DNA from: Balanoglossus misakiensis | Lineage: Eukaryota; Animalia; Hemichordata | Assembly (NCBI GenBank): GCA_040954595.2 | Contig: CM082592.2 | Location: 5,942,308-6,006,307, forward strand | DNA length: 64,000 bases | Reading direction: 5' to 3' | Shown here: positions 14,077 through 25,451 of the stretch, one piece after another | How positions within the stretch are numbered: the stretch's first letter is position 1 | How the letters are laid out: each line of letters opens with the position of its first letter | Made by a program: the position numbers and the translations under genes | Notes under the pieces: model-generated | The model's database searches: none | The model's input: the letters and a program-made list of their open reading frames with translations, nothing else | What the model was told of the DNA's origin: nothing

Positions 14077-15417
14077 CGCTTGTCTGTCTGAAAGAGAGAG
14101 AGAGAAAAAAACATTACAAGTGGCTTCTTTCGATTTCTTGATAACTGTCGCTTCTACAGTCTGTAATCAAGCTAGTCGACATTCCCGAAATTAGTGTGTT
14201 CCATGGCTAGAGTAATCATATAGTATACGGAGTACAATCGGGCCGATTGGGTCCGAGTTCATAACATTAAACCATAGCTCCAGGGTATATGAATAAACAA
14301 GAGCATAGACATAGAGAAATTATAACATGCAATGAAATCGGGAGCAAGTATAGCCCAACTCGACCAAGGCTACTCCTGGCAAATATACCTTTGAATCTCG
14401 ATCAGCAATATTCCATTGTCTGTATGATTATATCCTGCCAGCTAGGGTTTTTGGTTTGCGGATATAAGACCTCAGGTGGTAATTAACATATTTGGTGCGT
14501 CTTTCTTGCACGCCATCTGGATGTTGCCATATAAAGCCGACACCAATTTCTCACCAAATCGTCGCCGGAAAAGTTAGATGTGGTTGTTCTGTCTCACTCG
14601 GGACAGCTCTAACCGACGAAGGACGCACTGCGACAAATGAGGGATGAGCCAGTTATACCCGTATAATTATACATCTGCAAGTTCATACCTGCATAAAGTA
14701 ATTATGGGGTCCTTCGTTCAAGGCAGTAAAATATTGTCATAACATGATTCGCCCCAAAAGCAGTAAATATATAACACGCTCCGCCCATGAGTAATAATCA
14801 ACAAAGGGTGACATCATTACAATTGATGTTTGTGCATAGAGAATTATCTTTACCGCAAAGGGATTTCTTGATGCGCCCTGGACTATCAGTCTGTCAACCT
14901 CGCAACTGCCCAGTCGAGGCTGTAACATCATAACCTTTAGATAGGCCTATCGTTTGCGCGGAATGAAGCAAAGCATGTTAGAAATGTGCTGGCCGACTTA
15001 CATACACTTATAAATTGCTATTCTGCTGGTCATTGTATTTCCTTTTGAAGACAGGGAGTCGGTAGTTACACCACTTATTTGCGTGAAACTGATCATTCCG
15101 ATGTCCATGAAAGTAAATATTCAATGTGTAAGCGAAATATTACTTACTTGAACTTATTTTAATATCACACCCAATCCACTGAGCATCGGGCGTATAGGTA
15201 TAAGTCGTTAAACGTATTCCGATTAACAACATAGACCTATTACATATGCTAAATTATCCACTTTGAGCTCCAACGATATTTTAACTCAGTTGCAATGCAC
15301 ATCGATTCTCGCCGAACACTATTTAAAGTGTCTGTGCCATGCCCATACACATAACACGTAAAGTCACTCTTTAGATGGTGAAGTCTGAGTTTGTTGCTGT
15401 CCAGAATCTCCGACACT

Positions 15418-16034
15418 TTAAAGGGGAAATCCGTTGTAGCTGATTTCTACATAATTTGGTAGCTTTGATGTCACTCTTTCAGAAAAAAACATATTCGCCA
15501 TGTATAGGTCGCGCGATTTTTTACAAAATCTAGGGAAAGTTGGCAGAATTTCCAATATGGCGTTTACTGTAATTTGAATCATGGGAAAAAAAGCGCCAGG
15601 ACCAACTTCCGCCCACCATGGTGTGGGTGATACCATTCTCCGATAGGTGTCACTGGGCGACAGACTAGGCGTATTTTCATAGCTATTGTTTGTTCTTTGC
15701 ATCAGTTGATAAACAATCATCAGCAAAGTCGAAAATTTGTCATCTATTGACAGTTTTCATGAGCTATAACCCATCGAAAATATGTAAATACGCTTAGCTT
15801 GTGACGCAGTGACACCAATCGGAAAATGGTATCACCCACACTAAGGTGGGCGGAAGTTGGTCCTGGCGCTTTTTTTCCCATGATTCAAATTACAGTAAAC
15901 GCCATATTGGAACTTTCTCTAGATTTTGTAAAAAATCGCGCGACCTATACATGGCGAATATGTTTTTTTCTGAAAGAGTGACATCAAAGCTACCAAATTA
16001 TGTAGAAATCAGCTACGACGGATTTCCCCTTTAA
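15418..16034. mobile_element. MITE / non-autonomous DNA transposon with TTAA target site and ~230-260 bp TIRs (Kolobok-like AGGGG termini)
   Basis: TTAA|AGGGGAAATCCGTTGTAGCTGATTTCTAC...GTAGAAATCAGCTACGACGGATTTCCCCT|TTAA. The arms are near-identical reverse complements, which is why ORFs 15418- and 15846+ translate the same peptide. Superfamily is inferred from the termini. Confidence 0.9.
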
Positions 16035-16482
16035 ATGGCCGTGTGTTTAGAAGCCAAAGGTCGACACCCTGGCTCGGTGGCACTACCGACCAACTCTAAC
16101 CCACATGACTTGCATGTATATTAGCATTGTGATATAATTTATCGCAAGTCTAATTTTATCACTGATGGCAATATTGTTTGAAAGCACATTAAGCTCTTAA
16201 AACCACGATACGACTTTCGTAACCAAACTAGCAAATTAAAACCAGTCATATGATTTATTATACAGTGAAAAAAATCCACATGGTGTCCTGGTACAGTTTT
16301 CATCAATTTGTGATCATCGGCCAATCAGACGGCAGTTTCTATACATCGATTGTCAGTTAACGTCAAGTCAAATCGGAAAGAATATAGGAATCGTCCGTTT
16401 TTGGTTTATTCACTAGGGCGTCACCGCCATTTTGTCTTATCCCCTCCGTCAACAATTAAACGTCGGCCATTTTTGTTTCCCG

Positions 16483-17812
16483 TCACCGCTGATCGTTCGA
16501 CCTGGAAGAGAGGGGCCACGGACTGCTGAACCTTCTGTTTCGAATACTGGACTTTGGTGTTTGGTCGCTGGCACCACCTGACGTCGAATCGTCTTCCCAT
16601 GGATCAGTCAGCAGTCTGTATTGCCTGTCGCCCATGAACAACATCTGGACGTAAAACGCTGTCATTTGGTACCTTTGAAGAGAAAATATCGTTCATTAAT
16701 ATACAATGCAATGAAGAAGACATTGAACCTCACCGTATATAGAATTTGTGACGTAGGGTTATCAATTGGTGACTCTTGAGCTAAATCTTCTGTGAGTCAA
16801 ACTATGATTTGCGAACACTGACTTATTCATTATCAAGCATGGCCAACAGATATCCAGCAACTTCTCTAGGAGAAGTTCTTGTTCTGTGGAACGAAAACGA
16901 AAAACCTGAGCACACGAACGCTATCAGGGATACTGGCAAATACATTCAATGAACTTTATTCCAAAGTTAAGCACGGTGTCCATAAGACTTCGACCGACCA
17001 ATGAATTTCAAGCAGTGACACTGGTGCTTCAAGACAACGTGATACAAGGTTCTTGATACATACCTGACGGCGGCAGTGGAAGACATGCCCAAGAACTGAG
17101 ACAACCAGACTATTTTGTCGTCTTCTGCCCTGCTGATCACGGCAATCGAACTCGCAATATACAAAGTATAGACCAGAGTCTTAGTGACATTCGCCAGTGC
17201 CGCATAGACCAGTAGCGCTTTGTACATCTCAGACAGTCCCGGGAAGGTGGTTTTCGCGCGAACTCCGTGGTCGACCGCCAGGGTCATCGGTCCGACTTCG
17301 TTGAGAACGACCATCCAGGCAAACCACGAAACCAGGCAAACCGGCAGGATGACGTAACGAACGACGCCGGACCAGTTCGTGTTGACGTCGATGACGATCA
17401 CCACGACGTGGTACAGCAATGCCATGACTAACACCGTCAGGTACGACACAAACCACAGTTTTGCGAACAACACCTTTGGGTGTTTGAGGACAGCGCGCTT
17501 GAACCGCCTCGCCTTCGACGAGGACACGCCGGTAAAAATCATCACCAGAATCACAACGGCTATGGACGTGACGGGTTCTGCCGTCTCCAGGACACTTTTC
17601 CCGAGCTGGCCGGTGAACGTTGTTAAATTCGCCGCGGTCGGAGAACAGCTTGTCGTCGGGCTCCTGTACACGTACAGACAGCGAAGTGCAAACCCAAAGT
17701 TAAAAATCACTGAAATGGTGCCGAGAAAGAGCAGTACCACCATCACACTAAGCCATAAAAAGTAATACTTCGCCACCTTCCTTTGACGAGGATTCATATA
17801 CGGTAATTCCAT
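16483..17812 (-). CDS. Uncharacterised ~6-TM membrane protein, paralog B, C-terminally truncated (~312 aa); could be a young pseudogene
   Basis: Exons 17812-17064 and 16672-16483, same intron position and phase as A and C. The TM region is intact. A TGA at 16485-16483 stands where the paralogs have the second Trp of QWWQKTNM. Confidence 0.75.
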
Positions 17813-18764
17813 ACTGTAAGAAAGAAAAATAAATCCACGATAAGATATTACATATTACTTATCTCATTGCGAGACCGTGTAACCCGAAGTGGACATTAGG
17901 CCTATACATGTTGGGGTTCATATCAGCAAACAGAGCTGTACCACGATGTTAATATAAACAAACCAACTACATGTAATACAAAACAACCGTAGAAAATAGG
18001 CTGATCAAAGCCATATAACTTTAATTTACCAGTATTTTAACATGACGTATGTCAGGCTCATATAGACTGAATATAGCGTATTGCAATATCAATGCCGAGG
18101 ATATGATGAAAGGGTTATTCTACTTACTTGACTAAACGTTCACATCTGATGACCAAAAGTTCAACACAAGTCCACTTCCAAATTTCCAGCATTCGCGATA
18201 ATTCAACCCGCAGAAAGAACACTCTTCTCACTGAATATTTTCAGTTGAAACAAACACCCCGAGATTTGACGATTGAGTAATTGTATTGGGCCAATCACTC
18301 GCTCATGAATATTTATACCCATTGTTGGGGATTTGGGATGCGGGTGTTGTTATGGGAACGAATTCCACCCCGAGTGGGCAAGCGAAATTCGTCCCAACAT
18401 ACTTTGCCTCCATCTGAAGGCCCTACATATTCTTCGTTAGATACGAACAGTTCCTTTCCTATGGAAGGTCTCCCACAGAATGTAGTAATGGGTGACACGC
18501 GTCGATCGCCATTTTGGACAAAATGGAGGATATACGCTCCACATCTGCGAAAATGTTACATAACACTTGTATAGATAAAATATAAAGAAGTGATTTTTAT
18601 GAAAACAAGACAGTGAACACCCTATTTTCTTTGGAAAAGATTCCTGTATTTTGTTTTACTGCAAACAATTCACGTCATGGAGGTGTTGTAGGGAAATACA
18701 CTGTATGATACATTTAGGCCATGTTACCGTCGCCTCGGACAATTATAAACGTCTCATGGATAGA

Positions 18765-19938
18765 TCAAACTGCAGTTTCCTCATATTGACTGTCTGTTGA
18801 ACTATCGTCTATATACGGCACCGTGTCATACCAGTCGCCGCTATTTTGTTTGTTTAAATGGGCTTTATCTGCGTTAGGTCTCCTCTTCACCGTTGCCTCT
18901 TCAAACGCGTCTTCCATATTTGTTTTCTGCCACCACTGAACGACCGACTTTGTCGAGGAAAGCTGTGGGCAGCTGTAGCTTCTGTTTTGAACGGCGAACT
19001 TTGTAAGTGTCTGGTCGCCGTCTTCTGCTTTCGAATCTTCGTCCCATGGATCTGTCAGTAGTTTGTGTTGCTTGTTACCGATGTACAGCATTTGGAGGTA
19101 GAATGCTGTCAGTTTGTACCTTGGAGAGAAAAGATGATTTACTAATTCATATGAACCAAGCGTTTTCTTCATGGGGTATAAAGACAAAATGACTGAACGA
19201 TGCATACCTGATTGCAGCAGTGGCCGACATTCCCAAAAACTGACAGAGCCATAGTAGCCTCTCCTCGTGCGCATCACTGATCACGGCAATCGAGGCCGCA
19301 GTGTAAAGCATGTAAATAACCGACTCCGTCAAATTGGCCATGGCAGCAAAGACCAACAGCAGCTTGTACATCGCAGACAGTCCCGGAAAGCAGTGTTTTC
19401 TGTACACCCCATCTACCGCCAGCGTCGTGGGTCCAACTTCATTGAGTATAATCATCCAAAGGAACCAAGCCAGCAGCCCGAGCGGCAGGGCGATGTAACG
19501 GACAACGCCAGACCAGTTTTTGTCCACGTCAATGACGATCACAACGATGTGATAAAACAACGAAATGGCGGTGGTTGTGACGTAGACCCCGAACCACAGT
19601 TTTGTCAGCAATATTTTGGGATGTTTCAGAAATTCGACTTGGAAGAGACGCGCCTTTGAAGATGAAAGTGTGGTGAACAGCATTATTAGGAGGACGATCA
19701 CTATGGAAACGATTGGTTCCGTCGTTTCCATGCCAACACGAACAAGGCGGCTCCCCGTGGTGGTTTCATTTACAGGGATCGTCACACAGGTTGTCGTGGG
19801 ACTCTTATAAAAGTACAGACAGTGTAATGCAAACCAGAAGTTCAATATCCCGAAGACAATCCCGATGACGATCATCAGTATCGTCACTCCAAGCCACAAA
19901 AAGTAACTTCTCTTGACCGACTTTGAGGGTGGATCCAT
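18765..19938 (-). CDS. Uncharacterised ~6-TM membrane protein, paralog C, ~361 aa
   Basis: Exons 19938-19208 and 19119-18765 (88-nt intron). The start MDPPSK follows an acceptor AG, and the protein ends EETAV*. Shares CLY.Y.SPTT.C, EP..SI, KLWF, GVVRY..LP, LNEVGP.T, FPGL..MYK and WL.QFLGMS with A and B. Confidence 0.85.
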
Positions 19939-21128
19939 CGCGATGTTACCTGTGGACAAGAGATAGACAATCGGCAAGCCATGACGGGAAAATTGCATTG
20001 ACAAACTTCAAAACTTGTGCCGAAATAACCAAATCATTTAGAGACAACACACATGCATGATAGTTCACGACCCGATTTAACAGATAAGTGATTACTCGTG
20101 AAATTCCACCCAACAAATGTTATCAAAAGAAACCATGGTAATCGTTAACCAGACTCCGATTTTAAATGCAATATTGTTGAGCTGAGCACATCTTTTGACG
20201 GTAAAGTATATCAGCAAGTTTTATATGGCATGTTGTGTTCCCGCTGTGAGGCCATGTCATGGAAACTGGCACGACTGTTATGATGTCTGAACCAAAGGCG
20301 CATTAGCTCAAATTGTGCGTGGGTTTGAATTGGACTATACAAGCTAAAATACATGTACCCGGTTCTTACCTTGTTGCGGCTTTCTAGGCTTCGAAAAATG
20401 TCTTCATAGTACCTGCAACATTCACGTGTATACAACACACTGGCACTCTGCAGGGTGTACAGGTCACCATGTAGCTTACCAAACACTTAATGATTCTTCA
20501 CAAAGTTCATAAAATGGCATCTTTCTGCATAATTACTATACCACATACCCCAATGTGTCTCACCATTCTGTTCTTAAGGGCTACAAGGGGTGACCAGTAT
20601 TCTTCTACAAGAGGTGTGCAGGGGGGAAAACCCAGTTCAGAATGTGTATTAATGTGGTCGCTGATCAGTATGTGATTAATGATGGCATCAGCTTGCACCT
20701 AACTATTACAACAACCCATTTTCATGTAATGGGGGAAATAACATATGTCCCTTGATTGGCTAAAAAGGGTACATTTAGTTGACTGATCTGTCAGAGAGAA
20801 AAGTCCGCCCTAAATGTCCAACAGATGGAAGATTTCATCTCTGATACCATCCGCGTCCCTGACCTAATCACAACCTTAAAATTGCGGAGTAAAGGTTGCG
20901 CGCTATTAATTGCCGTCACCTCTTCAACATTGAATGACTAACTGCTCGTGTCTAGAGATGTTCAACAACTGTTGTCAAACAAACCAGTCCAACAGCCAAA
21001 ACTGATAAGGACATTGAATATGGACGTTTAGAGGGCATTTTAGTTGTTGGGGTGGGCAAGAGCACTTTAGGTTTGGGAATTTCCATAATCTTAAGAGTTG
21101 TGGGTATGAGTAGTCTGCATTAGAGAAT

Positions 21129-21406
21129 GTACATACATACATACATACATACTCTTACATACATACATACATACATACATACATGCATACATACATACAT
21201 ACATACATACATACATACATACATACATACATACATACATACATACATACATACATACATACATACATACATACATACATACATACATACATACATACAT
21301 ACATACATACATACATACATACATACATACATACATACATACATACATACATACATACATACATACATACATACATACATACATACATACATACATACAT
21401 ACATAC
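21129..21406. repeat. (TACA)n microsatellite
   Basis: Direct inspection; nearly uninterrupted tetranucleotide array. Confidence 0.99.
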
Positions 21407-22379
21407 GTTCAAAGATAAAAACAAGAAAATCATGGTATTGGTGCACACTTTATGAACTTTATTGACATATCTCACTACACATGTATCCTATCGCTGTCTG
21501 ACACATCTCATCATTTATAACATAAAATCTTACTGTAAGATGCATGGGCACAAGTCATTGCATAAGTTATTAAAAAGAAGGTGGGAATGTTCATGATCAG
21601 GGGGGTTCTCGACAGAAGAATATGACAAACTCAAAAAATTAAAAGACTAGATATTCAAGGCACACCTGGTACACAGTTTTTCTGGTTACAACATGACATA
21701 ATTTTGTTCGTATTTCAGCTAGGGTTGCACTTCTCAACTTTTCTGTGTAACTGACCATTGACATTGAGGCCTTGTGAATCTAGAAATCAAGTCTTTGTTT
21801 GGATGCCAGATTACATAGCATAAAGAAAAGTTTCTGTGTGGCTACAATCCACCGCTGAGGGCGCTTGCAAAACATGCAGTATGTAGACAGCTGACATTGA
21901 GGGCGACAAACTTGTCAGAAACCTATTTCAGTATTTTTTCCCAAACTATCGTGACTACAGCCAGGGAAAAGTGTGTGTAAACTCAGACAAATTTTAATCG
22001 CTGTGTAAAACCTATACATGACATTGCTGCTAGTCTAAAAAAAAACTAAAAGTATAGAGTTCCTTTTTTGGCTTTTCTGTGAACACATTTATAGCTGTGC
22101 ATCTTGGCAGACGTGAAAAAATAAATCATACAATATTATGCCGATATTTACATAAAATTTGCATACAGTTTGTCCACAATAAAAAAAATGGGAATAGGAA
22201 GCACAGAATGTATACAGAAATCTGGAGGGTTTTCTCAAATACACAGAGAATAAGTCACACATGCATATACAAATAACCTCGTACATGTCAGACTACAAAA
22301 ATATTGGAGATGGCTTGGTATCCACTTGTAATGTGCTAAAGCATGGTCACTGTACTTATCATAGCATAATGCTGCACTA

Positions 22380-22472
22380 TTAACCCTTTCACCACCATGG
22401 TTCAGTCCGGACCCATTGTTTTCTATTGTACGGTTGGACCTCTAAAGAGGAAACTGGGGGTGAAAGGGTTAA
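22380..22472. mobile_element. Small piggyBac-like MITE (TTAA CCCT...AGGG TTAA)
   Basis: TTAA|CCCTTTCACC...GGTGAAAGGG|TTAA, ~93 bp including both TTAA sites. A diverged second copy lies at 22785-22877. Confidence 0.8.
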
Positions 22473-22784
22473 ATGAACAACAGTATATGTGGCAGGAGTG
22501 ACGACTATTCAGGGACAGTTTCTTTTTGCGGAATGATTTTTGTTCATCGGATTTTGTGAGGCGTCTTCAATGCTACACTCTTCATGGAATGCAATGAAAA
22601 AATGATGATACAGAAAAAAGTTGCTTTCTGTAAGCAAATCATGGAATGTGATACAAAATCTGTGAGAAGTCAGTCACAGTTCACTGACTGTAATACAGAG
22701 GAAAGTATAAATTAGTTTCAAAAGGAAAAACTATCTGAATACATAACTCGGTATACCAAAAGAGTCAATTGTTATCAGTTCATT

Positions 22785-22877
22785 TGAACCCCTTCACCAC
22801 CATGGTTTAGTCCAGATCCATTGTTCTCTATGGCAAAGTTGGAACTCCATAGCGGGAAACGGGGGTGAAATGGTGAA
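22785..22877. mobile_element. Diverged second copy of the small TTAA MITE
   Basis: CCCCTTCACCACCATGGTTTAGTCCAGATCCATTGTT...GGAAACGGGGGTGAAATGG is colinear with 22380-22472. Confidence 0.7.
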
Positions 22878-25451
22878 AGAGATTTCGGGATTAGGCAGGT
22901 GTTTTATACAGGTTTCCTAATTAGACATTAATTAGACAATATTTTTGACTGCAGGTTGGGTGAATTTTGTTCCATGTGATGTTCACATTCTGCCTTCTGA
23001 CACATTTGAAGTCATCAATCCAAAAGAAAACATGTACCTACAGAAACAAACTATCACACATCAATAATTGCATGTTTCAGGGTTTTTTGAAGCCTATATG
23101 GCAAAGCACCAGGAAATGTTAATACTAACGGTATGATAAATATCTGTTCGCCTGACTGCAGGGCTGCACGGATACAAAAAGCACCAAAGGAGTAAACTAC
23201 AATCATGATGGCAACAAAATGAACAAAATACACATGAACGCTAGTCGGATCAAGTAGGCATATTTCTATGTTCATTTATGCACATGGTTAGGCTGTAATA
23301 AATGAAATTATAATTATCTCTACATATGCCCCATAAATGGTTAAAAGGATGTGTCCATGTCTTATTTGTGTGTACTTCTATCCCTATATGCATACCACTT
23401 AGTGTGTATCCCTATAGGCATTATTCAGCTTTTCATCACAGCATTTAATTAAATTGAAAAACGTTCTAACTTCTAAGAATTCTGCCATTGCAATGTACAT
23501 GTCAGTTGTGGATTTGGTTACCTGGCTACCTTGACATGCTTTGCAACCCAGTGAAGTTTGATTGAGTAAACTACCACAGTAAAATTCCTCCTATCACCAG
23601 CAGTGGTCGAATTTCAGAAAATGGTTCCTTGTAACCAGGTGTACTACAGATTGCAACAGTTTGGATAAATGTTTAATTATGCATTTCTGCTTATAAGAAA
23701 CTAACTGCATGTACCTCTGCATTTGACAAAATCCTTAGTTTTGATCTGGGATTAGAGTTTCAATAACCCCTAATAATGTTTTATTTATTCTGCACGGTGA
23801 ATATTTTCAATACTAGGCAGTTGAAAGTACAGCTGAAAAAAGCTACTACATATGTGATGGCATTTCACAGATTTCATAGGTCACCTACAGTAGATGCAGT
23901 TTATATATGAAAACCGATCAGGATTTTTGATTTTTTGTCATTCTAAGGTGTAGAATTGCACTTTGTATATTTTTGTAGAGACTTCTCATCTTCTAGTTAG
24001 CAATTGTCTCTGCTGTGTGTGTGTGTTGAAAACATTGTTCTTTGTCAGCTGGTAAATTGATGACTTGAATACCTCTAGAAGACTACATTTGATCTTATTT
24101 CACAGTTTAACAGTTTGGTCCAGGAGGAGCTGTTCAGCGGAAACTTGTATATTTAAATATATTTTTTTCAATTTGTCTTGAAATCCGTCATAAATTTAAC
24201 ACAATTCCTCAGAAAGGACTTAAAAATGTATTTGTAAACTTTATTCAGATATCAAGACAATTAGGTGAAACTTTTGATCATATTTTATTGGACAGATTTG
24301 TTCGGGAAGAGCTATGTAGAGGCTGCTTGAGTATTTCTGTAGAATTGTAAAAGTAAAGAGAACTTTTACGATTTTGTTCAATTTGCCAGAAAATGCTATT
24401 CAGGGGAAGAGTTAACACAGTCAGCAATCATTCACTTGATTATATACAAACGACAATATCTAAGCATGTACATGTATTATGCATTTAGTCTACATGATCA
24501 TGATTCAGAATACTGGAAGATTCGTGACAAATTAATACCGGAAGCACTTTGCCTCATTCCAGTACTAGATCCATAAAAACATGGAATTACTAAAAAATCA
24601 TGTCCACTGGCATACCCAAAATAGCTGCATATTTATTTTCGTTTGTTCCCAAAATAAATTTCATTTATCTGACACCCAGCCAGCAGAGGATACAAAAAAC
24701 ACCTTAGCACATTTCTGCATCTAGTTGGCAGTTCTACTGTAGTTTCGGGGGAATCCCACAAGCAAGGCAAATTACAATAGCTACCCATCAAATTACCACA
24801 AAAAGTGGTATAGATTTTACTATACTTTTTGTGCAACTTTGAACTGCATGCCTGATGCAAATTATTGCTTGACAACACTGCGATTACCCAAGCAATTATT
24901 TCAACAGGCTTGCTCCAGAATCAAATGCTCCAGAATCAAATGTTGCATGCTGACTACAGTAGTGTTCATTGGAGAGCATGTTAACAGTCCAAACCCATAA
25001 ATATGTGAAAAAAACATAAACATGTACATAGGAACATACATATTTCTATGTACACATTCCAGCCAGGATGAAAAGTACAAAGTCTTGCCAAATGCTAACT
25101 TTCAAAATTCCAACGTAGACTGTCTAATGCCATATCACAAAATCTATAAATATACAAAGCGGTGCATTCTGGTGTTGTGGTGATATTTTAAGTGACTGAA
25201 TAGAGTTGGGTTTGCTCTCCAATAACTGGCCTATCGATAGTCAAAACTCGACTTTACATCCATCCACTTAATTTCAGCAACTGGTGAAAAGTTCACATCC
25301 TCATGCAAAAAAGAGTAAAAAATATAATTTTTTTCCCAATTCAAATGGAAGCTCATTATTCCTTTTTGCTCAGAAGGCTCTTCAACTCACATGATGGGGA
25401 ACGGTCACTCGCGCTTTGATGCCGACCTTGACCTCTGACCTTGACCTCTGC

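Noticed and set aside
15418-16034. Two ORFs on opposite strands encoding the same peptide (FCKKSRDLYMANMFFSERVTSKLPNYVEIS)
   Set aside because: They are the two arms of the MITE inverted repeat, not duplicated genes.
16483-16485. In-frame TGA in paralog B as selenocysteine or readthrough
   Set aside because: It aligns to Trp, not Cys, and is followed by TAA nine codons later and a frameshift.
12514-19938. Idea that the TM triplet are adenosine receptors or other class A GPCRs because of their syntenic position
   Set aside because: Only about six hydrophobic segments; no GN, LAxxD, DRY, CWxP or NPxxY motifs; long C-terminal tail after segment 6.
21091-21475. MYVC/YIHT repeat ORFs (also 61298-61620)
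   Set aside because: Translations of (TACA)n microsatellites.
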